From positions 32,001 to 96,000 of the forward strand of contig CAYFHS010000013.1 of NCBI GenBank assembly GCA_964342815.1: a DNA stretch of 64,000 nucleotides. Reading direction: 5' to 3'. Numbering within the stretch: position 1 is the first letter of the stretch; each line of letters starts with the position of its first letter. Positions 46,161 through 56,468 of the stretch are shown here, piece by piece. The notes under the pieces are model-generated. The model was not told the origin of the DNA. It was given only the letters and a program-made list of their open reading frames with translations, and made no database searches. Origin of the DNA: an uncultured archaeon (GTDB lineage Archaea > Thermoplasmatota > Penumbrarchaeia > JASLWR01). A program made the translations under genes and the position numbers.

Positions 46161-47822
46161 TTGGGAATGTCGCTGATGAATAATCCAAAAGAAATCGAAT
46201 ACAGGTTCAAGAAAACCTTGCCAATATTATCATGGGTTATCATGATATTTCTCTTATTTGCCCTATCATCCTTAATCATAATCCCAGAGATTTTATGTGA
46301 AAGTCCCCCGGTGGTGGGGAATGACGGAGCAAGATACGCAAAGACCGTGTTTACCGGGCACGAGGAAGCCGTCACATGTGTCGAGTGGTCCCCCGACGGG
46401 ACCATGATGGCGACAGGATCTTCTACGGACTATGCAGACCCGGACGGGGTATTGAAGATTTGGGATCCCGAGACCGGAGCGGAAATTGCGACGTTCTATA
46501 TGGATCATACCATAAGGGACATCTCCTGGTCCCCCGACAGCAGAAAGATCGCGGCCAGTTCCTCCACGGGATATCCTGAGCACAAGGGAATCCTGCGGAT
46601 TTGGAGAGTAGCCGACGGCAGCGAGACCTTGAGCTTCACCGCCCATGAAAGGCGAATCACGGCGGTTGCCTGGTCTCCGGACGGTAAGCTGATTGCCACC
46701 GGGGCAGAGGACGACTCCACGCTGATTTGGAATTCCGGGACCGGAGAAATTATTCATAATCTATCAGGGAATCACGGAGGGATCTACGATCTTGTATGGT
46801 CTCCCGACAGCTCAAAGCTGGCATCGGGAGATGGCAATGACACGGTGTTGATTTGGAAAGTCGACACTGAAAAGATCATAGGAACATTTGCGGGTCAGAG
46901 TGTTGCTTGGTCCCCCGACGGTTTTTACCTTGCCACAGGTTCTTCTAACTCGACCTGCGATATCTGGGACGTGGGTACCCACTTGCATATATCCACATTT
47001 TCCGGGCATCAATGGGAGGTGTCGAGTATAGATTTTTCCAGCAATGGGGAGCTTCTGGCCTCGGCGTCCTCAGAGGGAGATGTAAGGATATGGAGCCGTG
47101 ATGATGCAAGAGGGATATTCGTATTCAAGGGCCATACCGGCCCGGTATCCAAGGCGGCTTGGTCTCCGGACGGGAGCCTGATCGCGTCTGCCTCCGAGGA
47201 CATGACAGTGATGATATGGGACCCGGACCTGGACGGCGATGGTTCTATCAAAGATGATTTCCCCCTGAACCCCGCAGTGAGCCTCGACAGCGACCGTGAC
47301 GGGTATCCGGACGAATGGAACAAGGGGAAAGGAAAAGAGGATTCCACCACCAAAAGCATCTGGATAGACAAGTTTCCCCGGGATCCCGCGGCTTCCTTGG
47401 ATACCGATGACGACGGGTATCCCGACAGGTGGAACGATGGTATGGGATACGAGGATTCGATTACTGGCCTGGCAAGGGACGCCATACCCCTCGACCCTGC
47501 AGCAAGCGTGGACGGCGACGGGGACGGGTATCCGGATGAATGGAACCCTGGCATGGGAAAGGAGGATTCCACAACCGGCCTTTATATAGATGCATTTCCG
47601 GAGGACCATGCTGCCTCAATTGACAGTGATGGGGATGGGGCACCCGATGCATGGAATCCCCGGATGAGCGAGAGGAATTCCACAACCGGTCTGAAGCTCG
47701 ACGGTGCTCCCCATGATGAGAGCCGAATTGAAGCGGTAGGGGAGTCTCCCGGTTTTGGGATATCCCTACTGGTAATGGGATTCATGGCGGTTATCGCCAT
47801 AAAAATAAAGAAGTGCAAATGA
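46161..47822 (+). CDS. Secreted WD40 beta-propeller with Ca-binding repeats and a PGF-CTERM sorting signal
   Basis: About 7 GH...WSPDG...ATGS...D..v.iW repeats; DxFPxDPAASxDxDGDGYPDxW repeats; C-terminal SPGFG plus TM plus KIKKCK. Confidence 0.9.
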   Translation: MGMSLMNNPKEIEYRFKKTLPILSWVIMIFLLFALSSLIIIPEILCESPPVVGNDGARYAKTVFTGHEEAVTCVEWSPDGTMMATGSSTDYADPDGVLKIWDPETGAEIATFYMDHTIRDISWSPDSRKIAASSSTGYPEHKGILRIWRVADGSETLSFTAHERRITAVAWSPDGKLIATGAEDDSTLIWNSGTGEIIHNLSGNHGGIYDLVWSPDSSKLASGDGNDTVLIWKVDTEKIIGTFAGQSVAWSPDGFYLATGSSNSTCDIWDVGTHLHISTFSGHQWEVSSIDFSSNGELLASASSEGDVRIWSRDDARGIFVFKGHTGPVSKAAWSPDGSLIASASEDMTVMIWDPDLDGDGSIKDDFPLNPAVSLDSDRDGYPDEWNKGKGKEDSTTKSIWIDKFPRDPAASLDTDDDGYPDRWNDGMGYEDSITGLARDAIPLDPAASVDGDGDGYPDEWNPGMGKEDSTTGLYIDAFPEDHAASIDSDGDGAPDAWNPRMSERNSTTGLKLDGAPHDESRIEAVGESPGFGISLLVMGFMAVIAIKIKKCK

Positions 47823-47930
47823 TCTTTCTGAATCCCCGTTTATAAAATATGGTGGGAGAGCTCTTTCTATCCTGTAACCGATTGTAATAATATTTTCCGA
47901 AAATTTCTTTAAGTGAAACTATAATAGATT

Positions 47931-47973
47931 AGTTCGGCAGAATCGGTAAAAACGGGCCCCGATTCTGCGAACT
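47931..47973. repeat. 15-bp stem inverted repeat with one bulged G (possible terminator or operator)
   Basis: AGTTCG(G)CAGAATCGG-N12-CCGATTCTGCGAACT between tandem genes. Confidence 0.65.
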
Positions 47974-48032
47974 TTGTCAATTGGTCAAACTTAGACTATC
48001 GATCAAAGTTAGCCCATTTTACAATATACTAG

Positions 48033-51000
48033 GTGAAGCGAATGAACAAGTTCGATTATATCCCTGATACTAAAATTGGAATGGTCATAACCCTCAGACG
48101 GTTCCTCATATGGTCCTTCCTCCTTTTAGGCCTCATGATGATCGTATACATTGCTGTGAACGCTGCAGCCGCAACTCCACCCCCGGCTGACGGAGATTGG
48201 AATGTGAACGACATTACGGTCATCGAGAACCGGACCGTGGACCTGAACGGCAGCCTGAATGTCAATAACGGGGGCCATCTGACGCTTCGAAACGTCACCC
48301 TAACCATAAACTGCAGCTTCAATGGAGAATACAACATCACCATAAAGAGTGGCGGCACTTTGATATGTAACGACCTGGACCTGGATAAACTATCCACAGC
48401 TGACATGACCCTAATCCGCTCCAATGCCAGTGCCGGGAGTCACAGGTACGGTTTCAGAGCAGAGAATGGTTCTACTTTAAATATTACAGGAACAAAGATA
48501 ACGAACTGTGGATGGGAGAACATTGGCGGAAACAGAGGCGTCACCGTTATGTGTAATAATACCATTATACAGGAATCTATTTTTACTGGAAATTACATGG
48601 GAATAATCTACAACGGAAGTACCGGAGGAAGATTATCCAACTCGAACATATCGGGAAACTCATTGAACGGCGCTTATCTATTGAATGCGAGCAATACTAC
48701 AATCGAAAGATGCAACATCAGCGGCAGCAACGGTCACGGAGTGAATCTGTACCGATCTCATAATAACTACATCGAACTGAACCGGATATCGGGTTTTTTC
48801 CATAACCAGGTATTTTGGCCTTCCTATAACGGTTCCGCCGTCCTGCTGGACAACAGTGATCACAATACCGTGGATGAAAACTACGTCGATTCCCCCAGGG
48901 CAAGAGGTTTCTGGCTGAGGAGTGCAAATTACAACGAGATATCGAACAACTACCTTGAGGGGAATACTTATACGAACACCATGGTAAGCTTTGGCATCGG
49001 TTTGCTGAATTCCAATTCCAACTCGATCCATGACAACGAACTGCATCACCATTTCATGAGTATCTATATCAATTATTTTTCCCACTACAATAGAGTGGAA
49101 AACAATCTCATCAACTACACTATACGAGGATTGAGCCTGGGAGATCCCGTTTACGGTTTATGGGACGCTTACAGGGGAAAATGCGACTATAATTATTTCG
49201 GGAACAATACCGTGAACGACTCGGAGTTCCATGGTTTTATCGTCATAGAAGGCTCTTCATTCAATTATATATATAACACGACATTTTCGAATGCACGGCA
49301 GAGAAGCCAAGGCGGGACCATATTCGCTTTCTTGATCGATCACGCGGATAACAACACTTTCGAGGACAATCATTTCTATAACAATTCAATTTTCTCAGTG
49401 GGAATCGGACTTCAATCAAGTTCGGACTGCATTATAGCTAACAACACCATTGGCGCTGACGGGCTCAACCAGGAAGCGGTCAATCTTTACGGCAATTGTA
49501 ATCGAAATTTAATCTATAACAATACCATCCACGATCGGGAATGGACCATATCTATAGGATCGTCGAGCAACTATAACATCATCAGGAATAACAGCGTATA
49601 CAATAGCGATTACGGAATATGGGTATGGACGGGAAGCAGCAATAATCGGATATTCGGCAACAGGGTGAACAACACAACCTCACCCGGTATATCCATTAAT
49701 TACTGGTCGGGTTCGGGCGTAATGGAAAGAAACACCGCAGAGAACAACACTGTATGGGACTGCCCGGTGGGAATACACAGCGATGCCAACTCAAGGAACT
49801 TCACAATAATTAATAATACGATATTCAACTGCACAACGGGAATTCTGATAGAAGGTAAATGGGGCCACAATATTTCCGGCGGTGAAATATACCTTTGCCA
49901 CTTCGGAATAAAACTCGACAGTACGGCCAAAAGCTCAATATTTGGTTCCTTGATCCATGATTGCCAAAACAGCGCTGTCAACATCACCCAGTGCGATAAT
50001 ATATCTGTTATTAATTCGATATTCCATTCCAATGCCCTGGTAATGTTGATACGGAACAGCACTAACTTAACTGTCTTCTCGAACGATTTCCATAAGAACA
50101 AAATTAGCCTGGATCATGACGAACTGAGCGAAACAATGTTCCGGATCAACGATATACATCACCAGGATACCGGCTTGGTACTGGATGCTTCGGGAAACCT
50201 GTCCGTCGAGAACAATACTTTCCGTTCCAATTCCATCGGAGTGTCATATAAAGGTAGGAGGGGGTCGTTCAAAAATAATATCTTTTTCGGAAATACGGTT
50301 GGTATCAGCTATGAAGGAGGCCTAAGCGCTATAGCCAATAATACTTTACACAATAATACCAACGGAATATCCTTCTTGGAGGAAGGGGCTAACGTGGAAT
50401 ACTGCGATCTTAGGGACAATAACTATGGTCTTCATTTCTCGGCTGCTGGACGTGCCAAAATCACCCGCTGCATTATCATGAGAAACACTTTTGGTATTTA
50501 CGCGGAGTATGTCCAGGGCGTCCTTCTGGACCAATGTACCATTAGAGATAATATTGGATACGGCGTGTACTCCACAGATCTGGCAGGAGTGACCGTTAAG
50601 GATTCGCGGCTGGCATCGAACGGTGGGTGGGGGATATTCTGCATCATGGAGGGCAGGGTGGAGATCGAAGCCATGAACAATGCTTCCATAGAAAACGAAG
50701 ATATTTTCATATCTGGCTATATCACCGTCTACGACGGAGGTAGTCTATGGGTGAAGGGGTCGCACCTGCGCATTGCAGGGGCCGAAGGGCATTATTACAG
50801 CGTTGAGATTGGATCGGGTGGTTTCCTATCATTACGAGACAGCACAGTTTCTTCAGGGAACAAGCAGCCGTATCAATTCTTCGCCCGCAGGGATAGCACT
50901 CTGGAGTTGATAGACAGCAGCGTGACGGGATGCGGGATAAGAACGCGGAGCCAACCCAGTGATGGATGGGGGGTAAGCCTGGACAATTGCAGCGCAATCC

Positions 51001-54000
51001 TCGTACGGTCCAGTTTCAGGGATACGCCATGCGGCATCTTCATCCGTGACTGCAATTTATCCATATCCGAGATTACTTTTTCCGAAACGGAGCACTGGGC
51101 ATACATAACCTCGTCCTGGGTGACGTTTCGTAACTGCACATTCGTCCCATCACAATCGACCAATGTGTTCATCACATTTTATGACTCACAGGTTTCACTC
51201 GAGAACTGCTCAGTACCAAAATCCGGTTTTACCATGTCGGCGGAAAATAACGCCAGTGTGATCCTCACGGACACAGCTCTGGACCCTAAGCTGATGAGAA
51301 CTGACATCTCATCGACCGTCATTGTTCGATTCGGGTACGTCTTTCATTTCGTGGACCCGGATGGCAATCCCGCCCCCGAGGTAAGTTACTACATTACTGA
51401 CGGTACAGGTAAGGTGGTCCATACGGGGATATCTGATGATAACGCCACCTCCGGCATTAAGTATCTTGTTGCATTTCAAGGCAGCGTGGGAGATGTGTAC
51501 CATGACTGCAATCCCCACGAATTGACAGTGGGGGTGGTGTCTCCTAACGGTTATCAAATACATGAATTCAACGTGGACGGAAAAGGTGATCTAACAATCA
51601 CGGTGAACTTCTATCCCTTGGTCAATTTCTCAAAAGATCTTGAGCTTCCGGAAGGTGGAAATCTTTCAGGAGAATTCAACCTGAACGACTGGTTCTCGGA
51701 CCACGGAAACCTGGATTATCTTTGTAGCAACCAGGGAAATCTCTCCGTTACGATACATCCCAACGGTTCGGTGGACATAGATATCCCGGACCCCGACTGG
51801 TACGGCGTGCAGAGGATAAGTTTTACAGCCACAAATCGATTCCATCTACGGAGCACCATCACAATAAACGTAACAGTTCTTCCAGTGGACGACGCTCCAG
51901 TTATTCTGCCCATTGCGAACATAAGCATTGAACACGGAGACACAATAATCATTAACCTCACAATACTGATCCATGACGTGGACACGCCCTTCGCCTTTTT
52001 GAACATCACCCTCGATTCCGGTCTTTTCAATATCCAGGACCATCGATTGGTTATACCGTACCATGAATTGTCGGAACCAGTGCTTGTGACCATGTACGTG
52101 AATGATAATTTATCGGCTGTCAATTCCAGTTTCCGGGTCTTTTTCAGGCCCTATCAGAAACCGGTCTTTCACCCCCTGCCCAATACCACGGTGGAGATCG
52201 AAATTCTTTACCTCATAAACCTTAGTCACTATTTCAATCTCACCAATGATGACCTCTCAAACCTTACCGTAAGCACCAGCAGCGACCATATCTCGGTCCA
52301 GGGACACCTGCTCTCGTTATTGTACCCTGAAATTATGTACTTCGAAAATGTTTCCGTATACTTTTCAATAAACGAAAGAGAATTTACGAGAAAACTGAAT
52401 CTTACTGTGACAGGACACCCGGTATTCGGAGAACTGCCGGATACTACGGTTAGCAGCTGGACCGCGTATTATCTGGAACTGGATAACTATTTCGTGCTGT
52501 CCCAGCGGGACCTGACCCGCGTAAATATTTCAGTGATGAGTTCATTCGCTTCCATGGAAGGCCATACCCTAAAACTCTTCTATCCGGAAGATATCGGCTT
52601 CGAAAGAGTGGTGATCAACTATCAGCTGGGGACGAATTCATATCTTCGGATCATTAATATAACCATAGAAGATCCGAATCACGCTCCTGAAATGGTGGAT
52701 GAGTACGTTTCCAATGAAGGTATTTTTTATACCTTTACAGTATATACAAACGATCAGGACGGTCAGGAACTGTCGGTGAGATTGGTTTTGAACGGGAATA
52801 TTACTTTTATGGATATCGACGAGAACACATTGGGCAAGTTCATGGTCACTCTTCAGATGGATCCCGGCGAGCATTTCTATTATTACTCCCTGGACGACGG
52901 AGCTAACGAGACAAACAGTATGGTCAATACCAGTGTAAAGGTACTGGAAGTAAGGGGTGAGGAGAATGTTGAGGTAAATGAAAATACACTGACAGAGTTT
53001 TTGAAAAGCTGGCCCTCGACGCTCCTGATTATAATTATCATCATCATGGCAGCGATTCTTCTTTCGGTACTCGTTTTCAGAGCTAAGAAAAAAGAACGAA
53101 AGAAACCCTCTATCGAATCTGTGGAGGAGCCAGAGAGTGAAATGGATGATAGAATTATACCTGAACCGGAGGTGGTGATCAGGACCGAAGAGCTGGAAAC
53201 ACATGAAACGCCGGAACCGGAAATCCCCAAATTACCAATACTAGAAAGGGCCGACCCGGTATCAGCTCAGCCTCCATCATTGGAATCGGTTCCGCCGACT
53301 CAAATGGCACCAAAATCCATAGGTAGAGACAAAAGCCTGAAATGGCTTGAAAAAGGAATGAGATTTGCAGTAAAGGGGGAAAAATCCAAGGCGGAGAAAT
53401 CTTTCAACAAATCCATTTCGCTCGATCCATTCGACCCAAATCCATGGTACCAGAAATGCCTGCTGGACCAAGAAAACGGTAATACTGTAGAAGCCGAGGA
53501 ATGTATGGAAAAGCTTCTGGAACTTATTCCGGATTTGATCGAATTTGCTTCTGAAAACACGCCCCCGGTGCTCGATGCCATGGAAACGAGCACGGCAATG
53601 GTGGAAACGTTACCCGCCCCGATCTCATCAGATCCTCCGCTGAATGACAAATTCTCGGAACAGTTACCAAATGAAATTTTTTCGGTACCGCTGCCGAATG
53701 AATTTTTTTCGGTACCGCTGCCGAATGAAATATTCTCGGCACCGCTGCCGCCGCCCGATCTGGCGGCCGTTCTTCCCGATACCGGCATAAAAGTATCGAA
53801 TGAAGTGCTTCCGCCACCGGTGGATGTGCCCTTGCCGAGATCCGAGGAAGCTGAAGAACAAGCTCTGAGTACAGTAACGGAAACTAAATTCGAGGGTACC
53901 GAAGAAGCTCAAAATGTCGGCGGTGAAATAAATGTCGACACGCGGAATGTAGAAAACCAACTGACAGCTCCACCAAACACACCGGATATAATAGTGGAAA

Positions 54001-54281
54001 CGGGAGTCGAAGCTCTGGAAGCTCAACAGACAATATCCTCTCCAACAACGGAACCGGATAATACTGTGAAAAAGGAAATTGACCTTACGGAGCATGAATC
54101 CATGCCGGACGCTGATGCGGAGCTCGGCACTGCCGTCGCGGATGAACAAGAAAATACGGCATTGAATGTCCCGGGACCTGATCTTCCCACGGAAGGTCCC
54201 CTCAATTCAGAAACGGTAAAAACTGAAGAAACCGATGAGGACGAGGAACTGGACGCATTGCTTTCGGAGCTTAACGTGTAA
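48033..54281 (+). CDS. Giant membrane-anchored protein: long right-handed beta-helix, Ig/cadherin-like stalk, TM, cytoplasmic TPRs, Pro/acidic tail
   Basis: DGDWNV...LNGSLNV; many NNxIxxN beta-helix turns; PVDDAPVI; poly-Ile TM; WLEKG...AEKSFNKSISLDP..PWYQK TPR pair. Confidence 0.85.
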   Translation: MKRMNKFDYIPDTKIGMVITLRRFLIWSFLLLGLMMIVYIAVNAAAATPPPADGDWNVNDITVIENRTVDLNGSLNVNNGGHLTLRNVTLTINCSFNGEYNITIKSGGTLICNDLDLDKLSTADMTLIRSNASAGSHRYGFRAENGSTLNITGTKITNCGWENIGGNRGVTVMCNNTIIQESIFTGNYMGIIYNGSTGGRLSNSNISGNSLNGAYLLNASNTTIERCNISGSNGHGVNLYRSHNNYIELNRISGFFHNQVFWPSYNGSAVLLDNSDHNTVDENYVDSPRARGFWLRSANYNEISNNYLEGNTYTNTMVSFGIGLLNSNSNSIHDNELHHHFMSIYINYFSHYNRVENNLINYTIRGLSLGDPVYGLWDAYRGKCDYNYFGNNTVNDSEFHGFIVIEGSSFNYIYNTTFSNARQRSQGGTIFAFLIDHADNNTFEDNHFYNNSIFSVGIGLQSSSDCIIANNTIGADGLNQEAVNLYGNCNRNLIYNNTIHDREWTISIGSSSNYNIIRNNSVYNSDYGIWVWTGSSNNRIFGNRVNNTTSPGISINYWSGSGVMERNTAENNTVWDCPVGIHSDANSRNFTIINNTIFNCTTGILIEGKWGHNISGGEIYLCHFGIKLDSTAKSSIFGSLIHDCQNSAVNITQCDNISVINSIFHSNALVMLIRNSTNLTVFSNDFHKNKISLDHDELSETMFRINDIHHQDTGLVLDASGNLSVENNTFRSNSIGVSYKGRRGSFKNNIFFGNTVGISYEGGLSAIANNTLHNNTNGISFLEEGANVEYCDLRDNNYGLHFSAAGRAKITRCIIMRNTFGIYAEYVQGVLLDQCTIRDNIGYGVYSTDLAGVTVKDSRLASNGGWGIFCIMEGRVEIEAMNNASIENEDIFISGYITVYDGGSLWVKGSHLRIAGAEGHYYSVEIGSGGFLSLRDSTVSSGNKQPYQFFARRDSTLELIDSSVTGCGIRTRSQPSDGWGVSLDNCSAILVRSSFRDTPCGIFIRDCNLSISEITFSETEHWAYITSSWVTFRNCTFVPSQSTNVFITFYDSQVSLENCSVPKSGFTMSAENNASVILTDTALDPKLMRTDISSTVIVRFGYVFHFVDPDGNPAPEVSYYITDGTGKVVHTGISDDNATSGIKYLVAFQGSVGDVYHDCNPHELTVGVVSPNGYQIHEFNVDGKGDLTITVNFYPLVNFSKDLELPEGGNLSGEFNLNDWFSDHGNLDYLCSNQGNLSVTIHPNGSVDIDIPDPDWYGVQRISFTATNRFHLRSTITINVTVLPVDDAPVILPIANISIEHGDTIIINLTILIHDVDTPFAFLNITLDSGLFNIQDHRLVIPYHELSEPVLVTMYVNDNLSAVNSSFRVFFRPYQKPVFHPLPNTTVEIEILYLINLSHYFNLTNDDLSNLTVSTSSDHISVQGHLLSLLYPEIMYFENVSVYFSINEREFTRKLNLTVTGHPVFGELPDTTVSSWTAYYLELDNYFVLSQRDLTRVNISVMSSFASMEGHTLKLFYPEDIGFERVVINYQLGTNSYLRIINITIEDPNHAPEMVDEYVSNEGIFYTFTVYTNDQDGQELSVRLVLNGNITFMDIDENTLGKFMVTLQMDPGEHFYYYSLDDGANETNSMVNTSVKVLEVRGEENVEVNENTLTEFLKSWPSTLLIIIIIIMAAILLSVLVFRAKKKERKKPSIESVEEPESEMDDRIIPEPEVVIRTEELETHETPEPEIPKLPILERADPVSAQPPSLESVPPTQMAPKSIGRDKSLKWLEKGMRFAVKGEKSKAEKSFNKSISLDPFDPNPWYQKCLLDQENGNTVEAEECMEKLLELIPDLIEFASENTPPVLDAMETSTAMVETLPAPISSDPPLNDKFSEQLPNEIFSVPLPNEFFSVPLPNEIFSAPLPPPDLAAVLPDTGIKVSNEVLPPPVDVPLPRSEEAEEQALSTVTETKFEGTEEAQNVGGEINVDTRNVENQLTAPPNTPDIIVETGVEALEAQQTISSPTTEPDNTVKKEIDLTEHESMPDADAELGTAVADEQENTALNVPGPDLPTEGPLNSETVKTEETDEDEELDALLSELNV
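53664..53744 (+). repeat. Three 27-bp in-frame tandem repeats (LPNE[IF]FS[VA]P)
   Basis: TTACCAAATGAAATTTTTTCGGTACCG and two near-identical copies. Confidence 0.9.
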
Positions 54282-54580
54282 AGCCGTCCCTTTTTGGTAC
54301 GTCTTTACCAATAAGTCTGTCCAAATGTGCCTGACTTTACGTGTAAAGCCGTCCCATTCTGGCACCCGACATAGAATCGGAGATTCTATTAGGGTTAATA
54401 GAAACTTGTTTCTATGTCACCCGTAGGCATACTTGCCGATACTGGAATATTCCCTAGGGAACATTCCCGTCCTGGCCAACACGTAAGTTGACCAATGGTG
54501 CAGCAACACTTTAGAGTGTTGCGGAGCAAAGCGGGCACGTCTTTACCAAGAAGTCAGTCCAAATGTTCCGTTCTTTACGT
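54274..54580. repeat. X-Y-X'-[insert]-Y' repeat region with a hairpin-rich ~170-bp insert (MITE-like)
   Basis: X (ACGTGTAAAGCCGTCCC...) at 54274 and 54339; 44-bp Y at 54299-54342 and 54537-54580 (38/44 identical); insert flanked by GGCAC. Confidence 0.7.
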
Positions 54581-54589
54581 TTGAATCAA

Positions 54590-56446
54590 TCAGGATTCTT
54601 TTCGCGCCATGATAAAGAACAATACCATCACAGCGAAAATTAAAATTATTATTGCCACCACTATATATAATAATATTGAAGTGTCAGCAGTCTCAACATC
54701 ATCCCCGGTATCGATGATACTGCCGTCATCATCTCCCGGGATGGTGGCGTTCCAACCCACCGGTACCTGCGGGGTGCCTGGTTCCGTCCCATTAAGATAT
54801 TCCGCCAGATTTGTGATGTTGTCCCCGTCGGCGTCCTCATCAGCATCCAGGGAAGAACGGGGGTCGAGGCCGTATCTAACTTCCCATCCGTCGGGCATCT
54901 TGTCATTGTCGGAATCATCGCGAAGTGGGTCGGTTAAATACAACGTTATTTCCACTCCGTCGCCCAGCCGGTCCCCGTCCGTATCGATCCTCAGGGGGCT
55001 CGTATTGTAGGTGACGACCTCATCATAATCGCTCAAACCATCCCCGTCGGTATCGTTCAGCAAAGGCGACGTAAGATGATCAAACTTTTCCGGCCTATCG
55101 TCCAGGCCGTCCCCGTCCGTATCGTCCAATGCCGGGTTCGTTTTAATTTTATACTCGTATTCGTTGGCCAGGCCGTCGAAGTCCAGATCCCCTCTATTAT
55201 CTCTGTTAAGCGGATCAAGCCCGTATTCCGCTTCCCATCCGTCCGGCATTCCGTCTTCATCGGTGTCATTTGAGAACGGGCAGGTCCACCAAAGGTATTC
55301 TCCCGATTCCGTCAGGCCGTCGCCGTCACGATCCATGTTCGCGTCTGCCGGATCGTTCACAGAAAGGTTCATGTGATTTTCCCAGATATCCGGCATTCCG
55401 TCGCCATCTGCATCCGCTTCATCCGTTACGTAGCCGTCGCCGTTTATCTCATAGTGATCACCGGTAATCACGATCTCAATATCGCCATGAACCGTAATAA
55501 GGCTCTGGGCTGTCACATTCCCCGAACCCCTCTCCGTCATGTAAAGATGCTGGAACCATTCATCTCCACAGGGATTTTCCTGGTACTCCAGGTTATCAAC
55601 TACCTCCCGGTGAGGATGCCCGTATGAATTTGTGAGCCCCACGGACACAACGGCATTCTCGGGGCGGACGGTCTCCACGAATTCCCAGGTGCTGGAAGAA
55701 TAGCTGCCGTGATGGTTCAGGTGAAGAACATCGATACCGAAATCTCTCAATTCGGGAGCCAAAAGCTCTTCAACACCCCAGGTCAGGTCACCGCAGACGA
55801 GAAAATCGAATGTCCCGTAGCTAATGAGATAACCCAGGCTCTTGGCATTCTCCGCCAGATCCCAATCCGCCGTTCCACCTCCTAAGACTTTCCCGTTCAC
55901 AGTGACGCAGGTTGCACTTACACCGCCACCAAGGTCTATAATGTCACCGACCCCGGGAGTCGACCGCGGGATATTCTTTTCACCAAGGGTCCAGATATAA
56001 TCATCCACATAAGAATTATCCTTTTCTTCCTCGCGGCCCCGATCAATGGCATTCGATATCTCGATATCGTCATTTGTTTTCAGTTTTCCATCCTGACCTG
56101 CTGCGATCTCCCAGGTACCGCCGATATGATCCGAATCCCAGTGCGTCGACACCAGGTAATCGATCTTTTCGATGCCTTTGTCCTGCAGAACTCCCAGTAC
56201 CGGGGCTCCGTTAATAGCCGTATCCACAAGCATGGTTTTCCCCGAAGGCACAGTAATAAGGGTGGAGTCACCTTTCGATACGTTTATACAGGTTATGGTA
56301 AGCCCAATTGATTCAGGAATATTTCCATCTCCCATCGCACCTGAAATTGTTGTAACGGTCAATGATGTAAAATAGATCCCTAACAGAAATAATGTAATGA
56401 AAAGGATCAGGATATGAAGTTTAGTTTTTATCAGAAAACCATTCAT
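54590..56446 (-). CDS. Surface-anchored ComEC/Rec2-like metallo-beta-lactamase-fold hydrolase with DxDxDG repeats
   Basis: SKGDSTLI, MLVDT, STHWDSDHIGG, LVCGDL, LNHHGS, NSYGHPH; N-terminal signal, C-terminal TM. Confidence 0.87.
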   Translation of the reverse strand: MNGFLIKTKLHILILFITLFLLGIYFTSLTVTTISGAMGDGNIPESIGLTITCINVSKGDSTLITVPSGKTMLVDTAINGAPVLGVLQDKGIEKIDYLVSTHWDSDHIGGTWEIAAGQDGKLKTNDDIEISNAIDRGREEEKDNSYVDDYIWTLGEKNIPRSTPGVGDIIDLGGGVSATCVTVNGKVLGGGTADWDLAENAKSLGYLISYGTFDFLVCGDLTWGVEELLAPELRDFGIDVLHLNHHGSYSSSTWEFVETVRPENAVVSVGLTNSYGHPHREVVDNLEYQENPCGDEWFQHLYMTERGSGNVTAQSLITVHGDIEIVITGDHYEINGDGYVTDEADADGDGMPDIWENHMNLSVNDPADANMDRDGDGLTESGEYLWWTCPFSNDTDEDGMPDGWEAEYGLDPLNRDNRGDLDFDGLANEYEYKIKTNPALDDTDGDGLDDRPEKFDHLTSPLLNDTDGDGLSDYDEVVTYNTSPLRIDTDGDRLGDGVEITLYLTDPLRDDSDNDKMPDGWEVRYGLDPRSSLDADEDADGDNITNLAEYLNGTEPGTPQVPVGWNATIPGDDDGSIIDTGDDVETADTSILLYIVVAIIILIFAVMVLFFIMARKES

Positions 56447-56468
56447 TCAATTTCCCCTAACGACTTGA

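Noticed and set aside
54274-54580. Possible mini-CRISPR array
   Set aside because: Only two copies of each unit, irregular spacing, no repeat-spacer periodicity, no cas genes in the window
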